From assembly GCA_050329975.1 (NCBI GenBank), contig JBHJOG010000289.1, positions 1-55,895 on the forward strand: a stretch of DNA of 55,895 bases, written 5' to 3'. Source of the DNA: Alphaproteobacteria bacterium. GTDB lineage: Bacteria > Pseudomonadota > Alphaproteobacteria > CALKHQ01. The translations under genes and the position numbers were made by a program. The stretch's first letter is position 1. Each line of letters starts with the position of its first letter. The notes beneath the pieces were generated by a model that was not told the origin of the DNA, did not search any database, and was given only the letters and a program-made list of their open reading frames with translations. Below are positions 20,664 through 32,343 of this stretch, piece by piece.

Positions 20664-21551
20664 TTACAAGGATGCCCTGGCTTGTTGCAGCCGTTCCCGG
20701 TGAACGATGTAGAGACCGCAGGCCATGACCACGGCGGTGCCGGCAATCGTGGTCCAGTCCGGCACGTAGCCGAACCAGAAGTAGCCGAGCATGATCGCAC
20801 CGACGATCTGCACGTAGATGAACGGCGCGAGCGTCGAGGCGGGCGCCAGCGAGAAGGCGCGCAGGATGCTGAAATGGGCGGCGGCATGGACGACGCCGGA
20901 GACAACCATCAGTACCCAGTCGTCCAGGCCGACGTCGCGCCAGCCGAACGGCAGCGCCAGCGAGGTCAGGATGAAGCCGATCAGCGCCACCTGCAGCAGC
21001 ATTGCCCGCGGCTCCCCGCCTTCGGTGAGCATGCGGGTGAGTAGCTGGTAGAGAGCGAACAGCACCGCCAGCACCAGCGCGAAGGCGACGCCGAGGCCGA
21101 TGGCGTCGTCCCAGGGCCGGGCGATGATCAGGATGCCGCCGAAGCCGACGACCACCGCCGCCCAGCGCCGGAGGCCCGGATGCTCGCCCAGCATCGGCCC
21201 GGAAAGCGCAGTGACGACCAGCGGGGCGGCGAAACTGACGGCCGTGAACAGGTCGAGCGGCGTGATTGCCAGTCCGAGCACCGCGCACAGGCCGGCAACC
21301 GTGGGAATCGTCGCCCGCAGCAGATTGAGCCCGAGCCGCGGCCCGCGGACTGTTCCGGCCCACAGCCGAACCGGGGTCAGGACCAGCAGCGGCAGCAGGA
21401 AGAACGCATAGCGCGCCCAGGTGATCTGGATCGGGCCGACCGTGTCGCTGAGCGCCTTGGCGATGGCGTCGATCACGGCAAAACAGGTCACGCCGAAGGA
21501 CAGCCAGGCGATGCCCCGCAGGGTCGATTGCTGGACGCGTCCCTCAGCCAA
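20664..21551 (-). CDS. DMT/EamA family transporter
   Basis: About ten TM segments, LGEHPGLRRWAAVVVGFGGILIIARP, APASTLAPFIY. Confidence 0.92.
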   Translation of the reverse strand: MAEGRVQQSTLRGIAWLSFGVTCFAVIDAIAKALSDTVGPIQITWARYAFFLLPLLVLTPVRLWAGTVRGPRLGLNLLRATIPTVAGLCAVLGLAITPLDLFTAVSFAAPLVVTALSGPMLGEHPGLRRWAAVVVGFGGILIIARPWDDAIGLGVAFALVLAVLFALYQLLTRMLTEGGEPRAMLLQVALIGFILTSLALPFGWRDVGLDDWVLMVVSGVVHAAAHFSILRAFSLAPASTLAPFIYVQIVGAIMLGYFWFGYVPDWTTIAGTAVVMACGLYIVHRERLQQARASL

Positions 21552-21751
21552 CTGCAGCCACCGCAGGCTCCGTCGCAGCCGCGACGGTGAGGCGGGATCC
21601 TACGCCCGGCGGGCGCGTTTCCGCCTTGCGCCGGCCGGCGGCGTGCGGTTCTGATGCGGTCATCGAGCTTCGCTTTGTCGTTGTGGGAACAGCAGGCAGG
21701 CAGCACGACTCGCATCGTGATCTGGTTCGGCAGGGGAGGCAGTCTAGCACG

Positions 21752-22276
21752 ATGCACATTCTCGGGTTGATCGTAGCCTTCGTGCTGGGCGTGGGGCTGG
21801 TGATCTGGAAGATCCACCGCTACCTGCAGGCCGCCAGGTCGGTCGTCCTGACCACGAAGGATGTGGCCGGTGCCTTCCGTCGCCGCGGCTGGCGCCAGGA
21901 TTCGGCGCCGCGGCCGCTCGATGCGGTTGACGATCCGATGCTGATTGCGGCTGTCGTACTGGTGCTGTCGATCCGATGCGACCGGGACATCACGCAGGAA
22001 GACCGCGTCGCGCTGACGGCCGAGATGGCGCGCGTGTTCCAGGTGGAGCGGACCGCGGCCGACCAGCTGCTGGGCGAGGCAGAGTTCCTTGTGCGCGACG
22101 TCACCGACTGCGCGAGTTGGTCCGGCCGGCTGGCTGAGAAGCTGGCTGCCTGCTGCAATGTGGAAGAACGGCAGCAGGTCCTGGAGATGGCAGAGGCAGT
22201 CGCGCCGCTCGACGAAGGGTCCGAGCGTCGCCGGCTGGTGCTGGCGCGTTACCGGGAGGGCGCCAGGCTGGATTGA
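21752..22276 (+). CDS. TerB-like domain protein with N-terminal membrane anchor
   Basis: MHILGLIVAFVLGVGLVIWK anchor; VDDPMLIAAV..CDRDITQEDR..EERQQVLEMAEAVA. Confidence 0.65.
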   Translation: MHILGLIVAFVLGVGLVIWKIHRYLQAARSVVLTTKDVAGAFRRRGWRQDSAPRPLDAVDDPMLIAAVVLVLSIRCDRDITQEDRVALTAEMARVFQVERTAADQLLGEAEFLVRDVTDCASWSGRLAEKLAACCNVEERQQVLEMAEAVAPLDEGSERRRLVLARYREGARLD

Positions 22277-22290
22277 GCGGAGGAGGGCAC

Positions 22291-22728
22291 ATGGACGAGT
22301 CGAACGACAGGCCGGTACGGACCGGCGGATGCCTCTGCGGCGGCGTCCGCTATCGGCTGACGGGACCGCTGCGGCCGGTGGTGAACTGCCACTGCGGCCA
22401 GTGCCTGCGCTTCCACGGCCATCACGGCGCCTACACGACGCTGCCGCCGGCTGCCTTCACCCTGGTCGCAGACGGTACTCTACGCTGGTACGAGTCGTCG
22501 GATTTTGCTCGCCGCGGCTTCTGCGCGACCTGCGGCTCCAGCCTGTTCTGGCAGCGCAAGGACGGGAAGGACGGCATCAGCGTCGCTGCCGGCACGCTCG
22601 ACCAGCCGACCGGGCTGGCCACCCTGGGCGACATCTTTGTCGCCGACAAGGCTGACTATTATACCATCGAGCCCGGCCGTCCCGCGCAACCGCAAGGCGG
22701 TGCCGACCAGCTGGCCGAGGGCTCCTGA
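22291..22728 (+). CDS. GFA/CENP-V family zinc protein
   Basis: GGCLCGGVRY, CHCGQC, RGFCATCGSSLFW. Confidence 0.93.
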   Translation: MDESNDRPVRTGGCLCGGVRYRLTGPLRPVVNCHCGQCLRFHGHHGAYTTLPPAAFTLVADGTLRWYESSDFARRGFCATCGSSLFWQRKDGKDGISVAAGTLDQPTGLATLGDIFVADKADYYTIEPGRPAQPQGGADQLAEGS

Positions 22729-22806
22729 TCTCAGACCCAAAGCGCGCAGTGGCGGCGCGGCAGGCGCCGCGCTAGCATTGGTGCGGCCATCGGTACGGAG
22801 GGGGCG

Positions 22807-23799
22807 ATGAAAGGAAGTCAGTCGGTTGTTGTAGCGGGTTTCGTGGCGTTCGCGGCGGCTGGCGGATACGGGCTCGGTGTGGCCACCGCGCCGCAGCCGG
22901 CGGTAGCGCAGGGCGGCGACGTCATCGACCTCGACGTCTATGCGCGGCTGGACGCGCTCGAGACGACCGTAGACGTGCTCAATCGCAACGTCCTCTCGCG
23001 GCTGGACGCGCTGGACACCCGGATGACCGGCGCCGAGGATGAACTGGCGCGCCCACGCAACGTGGTCCAGGCGCCGTTCCGTATCGTCGCCGAGGGCGGG
23101 CGGGAACTGGTGTCGGTCACAACGGACGGCGGGTTGCCGGTGATGACGATCGGCGACGGCATCGTGCTCGGCTATGCCGAGAGCCAGCCCCGCGTCAGCA
23201 TCTTCTCCGGCGACGGCCGGGTCGCGGGCATGCACCTGCTGGACGGTGTCGCGACACTCTATGCCAGCCAGGACGGCATCGACGGCTTCTTTGCCGGTCC
23301 GTCTCCGATGCACGGCAACGGCGTTCGGGTCTTCGAAGGCGGCGAGGCCGTCATCAACCTGGGCGTGCCGCCCGGCAAGGGAGCCGCTGCCCGATTCTTC
23401 ACCGGTGGCACGCTGATCGCCGGCGTCGGCATCGGGACCGGCGGCGACGGTACCATGTATACCGGTTACCCCGACGGAAGCGCGGCAGTGACCGCCGGCG
23501 GCAACGGTGGCGGCCAGGCAAGCGTCGACGTGCACCATGGCGGGTCCGTCGTGGCCTCGATGAACACGACCGATCTGGGCGGGACCGGATTGATCGTGGT
23601 TCGCAACAGCGGCGGGACCGCCGTCTCGTACATCTCCGAGGGCGCCGGCGGCGGCGGCAGCATCTCCGCCACCGATGCCGGCGGCAACGAGGCCTTCGGC
23701 GCCGGCTGGGACGGGTCCGAGGGGGCGGCCTGCGTCAGGCGGCGGAACGGCAACCAGTTCTGCCTGGAGCCGGTGATGCCGCTCACCCGGGTGCAGTGA
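22807..23799 (+). CDS. Gly-rich exported protein of unknown function
   Basis: RBS GGAGG, signal/TM N-terminus, short coiled coil, many short beta-strand/Gly-turn units, host-like codon usage. Confidence 0.8.
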   Translation: MKGSQSVVVAGFVAFAAAGGYGLGVATAPQPAVAQGGDVIDLDVYARLDALETTVDVLNRNVLSRLDALDTRMTGAEDELARPRNVVQAPFRIVAEGGRELVSVTTDGGLPVMTIGDGIVLGYAESQPRVSIFSGDGRVAGMHLLDGVATLYASQDGIDGFFAGPSPMHGNGVRVFEGGEAVINLGVPPGKGAAARFFTGGTLIAGVGIGTGGDGTMYTGYPDGSAAVTAGGNGGGQASVDVHHGGSVVASMNTTDLGGTGLIVVRNSGGTAVSYISEGAGGGGSISATDAGGNEAFGAGWDGSEGAACVRRRNGNQFCLEPVMPLTRVQ

Positions 23800-24724
23800 T
23801 CGCGTCGTCGGCCGCGCGGGCGATGTCGAGGTCGCTGTAGCCCTGCAGGTAGAGCAGGGCGGTCAGGTCGGCGTGGCTCACCTGGACCGGGACCTGGGCG
23901 CGGACCAACGGCTTCGCCCGGAAGGCGACACCCAGGCCGGCGGCCTGCAGCATCGGGATGTCGTTGGCGCCGTCTCCGACGCACAGCGCGTCCTCGAGCC
24001 GGAGCCCCCGTGCGCCGGAGAACTCGGCGAGGGCGGCCAGCTTGGCCTCCTGGCCCAGGATCGGCTCGTCGACGCCGACGATCCGGCCGTCCCGGTAGAG
24101 GAAGCGGTTGGCCCGCCAGGCGTCGAAGCCGAGCACGTCGGCCGCCATGCCGACCAGTTCGGCGAATCCGCCGGAGACCAGCGCCGAAAACGCGCCGTGC
24201 GCCCGCATGGTCGCCAGCAGCGTCGCGCCGCCCTGGACGTAGCGGATGCGGCGGGCGACCTGCTCCAGCAAGCCCTGGTCGGCCCCTTGGTCGGCCTCGG
24301 CGATCAGCGCGATCCGGGCGCGCAGCGCCGAGGGGAAATCGAGCTCGCCGGCCATCGCCCGTTCGGTGATCGCCGCGACCTCCGGCTTCCGGCCCACGAC
24401 GTCGGCCAACTCGTCCAGCGTCTCCTGCTCGACCATGGTCGAATCCATGTCGGCGACCAGCAGCCGCTTGCGCCGGTTGCCGACCGGTACCAGGTTGGCG
24501 TCTATCCGCGCTCGGCCCAGCTCCGTCCGCAGCCGGTCCAGGCTTTCCCGGGGCTCTGCACCGTCGTAGAGGGTGAGCGGCAGTTCGCAGGCGTGGCGGG
24601 GTGACAGCCAGGCCGGGCCCCCGGCCTCGGGGAAGGCCGCGCGGGCGACGCCGATCGCCTCGTGCGCCAGGTCGGGAGCATCGGCGGCGGCGATCAGGCT
24701 GAGGACATGGGTCGAGGCTGGCAT
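23783..24724 (-). CDS. serB: Phosphoserine phosphatase
   Basis: ADMDSTMVEQETLDE, ALVSGGF, VGDGANDIPML, AFRAKP. Confidence 0.96.
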   Translation of the reverse strand: MPASTHVLSLIAAADAPDLAHEAIGVARAAFPEAGGPAWLSPRHACELPLTLYDGAEPRESLDRLRTELGRARIDANLVPVGNRRKRLLVADMDSTMVEQETLDELADVVGRKPEVAAITERAMAGELDFPSALRARIALIAEADQGADQGLLEQVARRIRYVQGGATLLATMRAHGAFSALVSGGFAELVGMAADVLGFDAWRANRFLYRDGRIVGVDEPILGQEAKLAALAEFSGARGLRLEDALCVGDGANDIPMLQAAGLGVAFRAKPLVRAQVPVQVSHADLTALLYLQGYSDLDIARAADDAITAPG

Positions 24725-25751
24725 GGATCGGGTTCAACCGTTGGAGATGGGACTGTCACCTAACAGCCGCCCCGACGGGGCGCAACCGGGCGCATCGGGC
24801 GCGGCGGATCGGCCCCGGCCGGTGGTGGTGGTGGCCGGCCCGACCGCCGGCGGCAAGTCGGCGCTGGCAATGGCGATCGCCGGGGCGATGGACGGGGTCG
24901 TCATCAACGCTGACAGCATGCAGGTCTACCGCGACCTGCGCATCCTGACGGCGCGGCCGTCCGCAGCGGAGACGGCGCGCGTGCCGCATCGGCTGTTCGG
25001 TGTGCTCGATGGCGACGACAGCTGCTCGGCCGGCCGCTGGAGGGCGATGGCCGAGGTCGAGATCGCGAGCGCCCATTCCGAGGGCAGGCTGCCGATCGTC
25101 GTTGGCGGCACCGGGCTGTACATTGCCGCCCTGATGCAGGGACTCTCCGAGATCCCGGAGGTACCCGCGGCTGCGGTCGCCGTCGCGCAGGCGCGGCTGG
25201 AGCGGATCGGCGCACCGGCGCTGCATGCCGAACTCGCGGCCCGCGACCCGGAGATGGCGGGCCGCCTGCGGCCGAGCGACGGCCAGCGCCTGGTCCGCGC
25301 GGTCAGCGTCCTGGAGGCGACCGGCCGGTCGCTGGCGTCGTGGCAGGCACAGGTCGCGACGCCGTCGCCGGGCCTGACCTTCCACACGGTCCTGCTGATG
25401 CCCCCCAGGCCCGAGCTCTATGCCGCCTGCGACGCGCGCTTCGTCGCGATGGTCGAGCAAGGCGCGCTGGACGAGGTGCAGGCCCTGCTGGCGCGCGGCC
25501 TGTCGGCGAACCGGCCGGTGATGAAGGCGATCGGCGTCGCCGAGCTTTCGGCCGTGCTCGCTGGGCGCATGGAGCTGCAAGCTGCGCTGGCAGCGGCGCA
25601 GCAGGCGACACGCAACTATGCCAAGCGCCAGTCCACCTGGTTCCGGAACCAGATGATTGCGCAAGAGGTGGTCTACACGCAATTATCAGAAAGTATGAGG
25701 GCCGATATCTTTTCGAAAATTCGTCATTTTGTGTTGACCCACCGCAGTTGA
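24723..25751 (+). CDS. miaA: tRNA dimethylallyltransferase
   Basis: GPTAGGKS, NADSMQVY, VGGTGLY, TRNYAKRQSTWFRNQ. Start uncertain (24723 or 24747). Confidence 0.95.
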   Translation: MDRVQPLEMGLSPNSRPDGAQPGASGAADRPRPVVVVAGPTAGGKSALAMAIAGAMDGVVINADSMQVYRDLRILTARPSAAETARVPHRLFGVLDGDDSCSAGRWRAMAEVEIASAHSEGRLPIVVGGTGLYIAALMQGLSEIPEVPAAAVAVAQARLERIGAPALHAELAARDPEMAGRLRPSDGQRLVRAVSVLEATGRSLASWQAQVATPSPGLTFHTVLLMPPRPELYAACDARFVAMVEQGALDEVQALLARGLSANRPVMKAIGVAELSAVLAGRMELQAALAAAQQATRNYAKRQSTWFRNQMIAQEVVYTQLSESMRADIFSKIRHFVLTHRS

Positions 25752-25762
25752 CCGCATAGTGT
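25734..25762 (+). promoter_or_regulatory. Putative sigma70 promoter for ilvI
   Basis: TTGACC-N17-TAGTGT preceded by an AT-rich tract at the miaA 3' end. Confidence 0.5.
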
Positions 25763-25869
25763 CCGCCGGCCCGCGAAGCCGCGGGTGCGGCGCCGGCCGT
25801 CGGGTTCGGCCGGCGCTCAAATCTTGACTGAGATCGGGTCGGCCGGAGCCGTCCTGAGGGGACGGTGCG

Positions 25870-27681
25870 ATGACCACGGACACGAGGACACTGAAGCCGG
25901 GCGCGGCGGAGGACGGGCAGCAGAGACAGATCATGAGCGGCGCCGAGATGGTGCTGCGCGCGCTCGCCGACCAGGGCGTGGACGTGGTCTTCGGCTATCC
26001 GGGCGGCGCGGTGCTGCCGATCTACGACGCGCTGTTCAAGCAGAACTCGGTCCGCCACATCCTCGTGCGTCACGAGCAGGCAGCCGTTCATGCGGCGGAA
26101 GGCTATGCCCGCTCGACCGGCAAGGTCGGCGTGGTCCTGGTCACCTCCGGGCCGGGTGCAACCAACGCGGTCACCGGCTTGACGGATGCGCTGATGGACA
26201 GCGTGCCGATCGTCTGCCTGACCGGGCAGGTGCCGACCCATCTGATCGGCAACGACGCGTTCCAGGAGTGCGACACAACCGGCATCACCCGGCCGTGCAC
26301 CAAGCACAACTATCTGGTCAAGGACGTCAACCGGCTGGCGCAGACCATCCATGAGGCGTTCTACGTCGCGCGCAGCGGCCGTCCCGGTCCGGTGGTCGTC
26401 GACCTGCCGAAGGACATCCAGTTCGCCGAGGGCGGCTACCTCGGGCCTGAGAACGTCCGCCACCACAGCTACCGGCCGCAGCTGGGCGGGGACCGCGCCT
26501 CGATCGAGGCGGCGTTCGCGCTGATCGCCAACGCCAAGCGGCCGATCTTCTATGTCGGCGGCGGCACGGTCAATTCCGGGCCCGAGGCCTGCAGGGCGCT
26601 GACCGAGCTCGCCAAGCTGACGGGCTATCCGGTGACGATGACGCTGATGGGGCTGGGCGCCTTCCCGGCGTCGGACCCGCAGTCGCTGGGCATGCTCGGC
26701 ATGCACGGCTCCTACGAGGCGAACCTGGCGATGCACGAATGCGACGTGATGGTCGCGGTCGGCTCCCGCTTCGACGACCGGGTGACCGGCAAGCTCAGCG
26801 CCTTCGCGCCGCACAGCAAGAAGATCCACATCGACATCGACCCGTCGTCGATCAACAAGAACGTGGCGGTCGACGTCGCGGTCGTCGGCGACGTCGGCTC
26901 GGTGATCGGCCAACTGGTCGCGATGTGGAAGGACCGCGGCGCGCAGGCAGACGGCAAGGCGCTCGCCGACTGGTGGGCGAAGATCGAGCGCTGGCGGGCG
27001 GTCGACTGCTTCCGCTTCGACCAGAACGCGACCGTGATCAAGCCGCAATACGCGATCCAGCGGCTCTACGAGCACTGCAAGGGTCGGGAGACCTTCATCA
27101 CCACCGAGGTCGGCCAGCACCAGATGTGGGCGGCGCAGTTCTTCAAGTTCGAACAGCCGTTCCACTGGATGACCTCGGGCGGGCTCGGCACCATGGGCTA
27201 CGGCCTGCCGTCGGCGATGGGGGTGCAGATCGCGCATCCGGACGCGCTGGTCATCGACATCGCGGGCGAGGCCTCGATCCTGATGAACATCCAGGAGATG
27301 AGCACGCTGGCCCAGTACAAGCTGCCGGTGAAGGTGTTCATCCTCAACAACGAGTATATGGGCATGGTCCGCCAGTGGCAGGAGCTGCTGCATGGCGGAC
27401 GCTACTCGGAAAGCTATTCCAGTTCGCTGCCCGATTTCGTCAAGCTGGCCGAGGCGTTCGGGGCCGTGGGCCTGCGGGCGACCCGGCCGGACGAGGTCGA
27501 CGGGGTGATCCAGGAGATGCTGGCCGTCGACCGGCCGGTGATCGTCGACATGGTGGTCGACAAGACCGAGAACTGCTTTCCGATGATCCCCTCCGGGGCG
27601 GCGCACAACGAGATGCTGCTGGGGCCCAACGGCGACAGCGGCGAGCAGACCGTATCCGAGGAGGGCATGGTCCTCGTCTAG
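25870..27681 (+). CDS. ilvI: Acetolactate synthase large subunit
   Basis: FGYPGGAVLPIYD, RHEQ, TSGPGATN, SGGLGTMGYGLP, GMVRQWQ. Confidence 0.97.
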   Translation: MTTDTRTLKPGAAEDGQQRQIMSGAEMVLRALADQGVDVVFGYPGGAVLPIYDALFKQNSVRHILVRHEQAAVHAAEGYARSTGKVGVVLVTSGPGATNAVTGLTDALMDSVPIVCLTGQVPTHLIGNDAFQECDTTGITRPCTKHNYLVKDVNRLAQTIHEAFYVARSGRPGPVVVDLPKDIQFAEGGYLGPENVRHHSYRPQLGGDRASIEAAFALIANAKRPIFYVGGGTVNSGPEACRALTELAKLTGYPVTMTLMGLGAFPASDPQSLGMLGMHGSYEANLAMHECDVMVAVGSRFDDRVTGKLSAFAPHSKKIHIDIDPSSINKNVAVDVAVVGDVGSVIGQLVAMWKDRGAQADGKALADWWAKIERWRAVDCFRFDQNATVIKPQYAIQRLYEHCKGRETFITTEVGQHQMWAAQFFKFEQPFHWMTSGGLGTMGYGLPSAMGVQIAHPDALVIDIAGEASILMNIQEMSTLAQYKLPVKVFILNNEYMGMVRQWQELLHGGRYSESYSSSLPDFVKLAEAFGAVGLRATRPDEVDGVIQEMLAVDRPVIVDMVVDKTENCFPMIPSGAAHNEMLLGPNGDSGEQTVSEEGMVLV

Positions 27682-27785
27682 CCGTCCCGCCGCGGCGCCT
27701 GGCCGCGCCTTTCGATCTCCTGCCCGGCCCCGGCGGTCCCGCACGGGCCGAATGCTAGCCGAATCCCAGTCCTGGAGTCCGTCCC

Positions 27786-28319
27786 GTGAGCGAGCCGATC
27801 GAACGCCATACCTTCGCCGTCATCGTCGACAACGAGCCGGGCGTGCTGGCGCGGGTGATCGGTCTGTTCTCCGGCCGCGGCTACAATATCGACAGCCTGA
27901 CGGTGGCCGAGGTGCAGCACGCGGCGGGGGTGTCGCGGATCACGCTGGTCACCACCGGCACCCGGATGATCATCGAGCAGATCAAGGCGCAGTTGCGGCG
28001 GCTGGTCCCGGTCCAGGCCGTGCGCGACCTGACCGACGAGGGCGCCTTCGTCGCCAAGGAACTGGCCCTGGTCAAGGTGGCGAACGAGGGGGCTAACCGG
28101 CGCGAGGCGCTGCGCATTGCCGACATCTTCAGCGCGACCGTCGCCGACACCACGCTCTCGTCCTTCGTCTTCGTCATGACCGGCAGCCCGGACAAGGTGG
28201 ACAGCTTCGTGCAGCTGATGGGCGCGCTCGGCAAGGTCGAGGTGGTGCGCTCCGGCGTGGTCGCGATAGCCCGCGGCGAACAGGTGCTCGGCGAGGAAGG
28301 CGAGGCCGGCCCGGGCTGA
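27786..28319 (+). CDS. ilvH: Acetolactate synthase small subunit
   Basis: DNEPGVLARVIGLFSGRGYNIDSLTV. Confidence 0.96.
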   Translation: MSEPIERHTFAVIVDNEPGVLARVIGLFSGRGYNIDSLTVAEVQHAAGVSRITLVTTGTRMIIEQIKAQLRRLVPVQAVRDLTDEGAFVAKELALVKVANEGANRREALRIADIFSATVADTTLSSFVFVMTGSPDKVDSFVQLMGALGKVEVVRSGVVAIARGEQVLGEEGEAGPG

Positions 28320-28362
28320 TGTGCCCATTCTCGCCTTGCCTCACCCGCCCGAATTTCGCTAG

Positions 28363-29436
<1,074 letters not shown>

Positions 29437-29500
29437 CGCCCGTAGGGCTGCCACCGGCTGTGATGGCCGGTTGGCCCGCCGGCGGCGACTGGGCCAATAG

Positions 29501-30712
<1,212 letters not shown>

Positions 30713-30827
30713 CGAGCAGCTTGGGACCGGAGCGCCAGTTGCGCTAAGGTCGGACGCGCGGACGTTCAGGTGCCCGGGACGGTGGCAGGGATGAAGTCGG
30801 CGCCCGGGAACACGGCGAAGGTCACTC

Positions 30828-31817
30828 ATGGCTCGCACTCCGGCCAATTCCCTAGCCAGGTACGCCATTCCGCTCAAGGTCTGGCTTCAGCGCTTCGCGG
30901 TCGTGACGTTCGTCATGCTCGCCTTCGGAATCATGCTGCTGGGCAAGGCCGATTCGCGCTTCATGGAACGGGCCCGGGTCGCGGTATCGGATCTGCTCGC
31001 GCCAATCGTCGATGTCGCCTCGGAACCGGCCCAGACCGTTTCCGACCTGATGGATTCGCTGACCGAGCTTGCCGTACTGCGCGAGGAGAACCTGCGTCTG
31101 CGCCAGGAGAACAGCCGGCTGCTGGAGTGGGAGCGGGCTGCCCGCACATTGCAGTCGCAGAACCAGGCGCTGCGCTCGCTCACCAACTTCGTCGACGTTC
31201 CGGCCGCCCACCAGATCGCGGCCAGGGTGATCGGGGATGCGAGCGGGGTCTACGTGCGCAGCCTGCTGCTGGCCGCCGGCAGCGATGACGGCGTCGCCAA
31301 GGGCCACGCTGTCATGACCGGCGAGGGGCTGGTGGGCCGGGTGATCGAGAGCGGGCAGCAGATCTCGCGGGTGCTGCTGATCACCGACCTCAATTCGCGG
31401 ATTCCGGTTCGCCTGGAGCGAACCAGGGTCCGCGCGATCCTGGTCGGCGACAATACCGACCGCCCGCTGCTGGAATACCTGCCGAGCAGCGACGTGGTCG
31501 CGCCCGGTGATCGTGTCGTCACCTCCGGCGACGCCGGCGGCTTCCCGCCCGGCCTGGCCGTTGGCGAGGTGGTGGCCGTCACTGACGGCGGCGTACGCGT
31601 ACAACCCTATGTCAACTGGAACCGGCTTGAATTCGTACGGGTGGCGGACTTCGCGCTGCCGGACATGCTGGAGCAGTTCCGCGAAGGCGAGGGCGGGGCG
31701 ATGGCCGGTGCCGAGGACGCTCCGGCGGAGCTGCAGGCTCCGGCCGCCTTGCCCGGTCCAGCCAATGCGCTTCTGCCGACCGCAGGAGATGCCGTGGCCG
31801 GGACCGACGGGCTGTGA
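30828..31817 (+). CDS. mreC: Rod shape-determining protein MreC
   Basis: TM plus coiled coil (LREENLRLRQEN), GLVGRV, VLLITDLNSRIPV, VVTSG..FPPGLAVG. Confidence 0.94.
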   Translation: MARTPANSLARYAIPLKVWLQRFAVVTFVMLAFGIMLLGKADSRFMERARVAVSDLLAPIVDVASEPAQTVSDLMDSLTELAVLREENLRLRQENSRLLEWERAARTLQSQNQALRSLTNFVDVPAAHQIAARVIGDASGVYVRSLLLAAGSDDGVAKGHAVMTGEGLVGRVIESGQQISRVLLITDLNSRIPVRLERTRVRAILVGDNTDRPLLEYLPSSDVVAPGDRVVTSGDAGGFPPGLAVGEVVAVTDGGVRVQPYVNWNRLEFVRVADFALPDMLEQFREGEGGAMAGAEDAPAELQAPAALPGPANALLPTAGDAVAGTDGL

Positions 31818-31830
31818 GGCGGTCAGGGCA

Positions 31831-32343
31831 ATGATCCGGCTGCTGCATCGAATCGACGTCGCCGCCCGCCAGGCGATTCCGCTTGCCCTGGTGCTGCTGC
31901 TGGTGCTGCTGTCCACCCTGCCGGCGCCGCTGCCGCTGTTCCGCGAAGCGGCGCCGGCCTGGGTGCTGATTGCGGTGTTCCACTGGTCGGTCTACCGGCC
32001 GGACCTGATGCCGGTGCAGGGGGTGTTCTTCGCCGGATTGCTGCAGGACCTGCTGCTCGGCCTGCCACCGGGTAGCAGCGCGCTGCTCTACGTGCTTGTG
32101 CGCGGCAGTTCCGGCATCGTCGCCCGCCATGCCACCGGCCGTTCGTTTCCGAAGCTGTGGCTGCTGTTCTCAGCCGTGGCCGCCGCCGCTGCGCTGCTTC
32201 GTTACCTGATCATGATGTTGTGGCACGTACGCTTGATCGACCCGACGATGGCGATGCTCGAACTGATGCTGACGATTGGAGCATTCCCACTGGCCGCCTG
32301 GGTCCTGATGCGGTTGCAGAAGGGACTGCTGGCCCATGTTTAG
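31831..32343 (+). CDS. mreD: Rod shape-determining protein MreD
   Basis: Hydrophobic, WSVYRPDLM, GLLQDLLLG; operon position. Confidence 0.9.
   Translation: MIRLLHRIDVAARQAIPLALVLLLVLLSTLPAPLPLFREAAPAWVLIAVFHWSVYRPDLMPVQGVFFAGLLQDLLLGLPPGSSALLYVLVRGSSGIVARHATGRSFPKLWLLFSAVAAAAALLRYLIMMLWHVRLIDPTMAMLELMLTIGAFPLAAWVLMRLQKGLLAHV

Noticed and set aside
22291-22728. GFA gene as part of the frmA/fghA formaldehyde pathway
   Set aside because: Located 10 kb away, and it is the short generic GFA/CENP-V type that is common and multi-copy.
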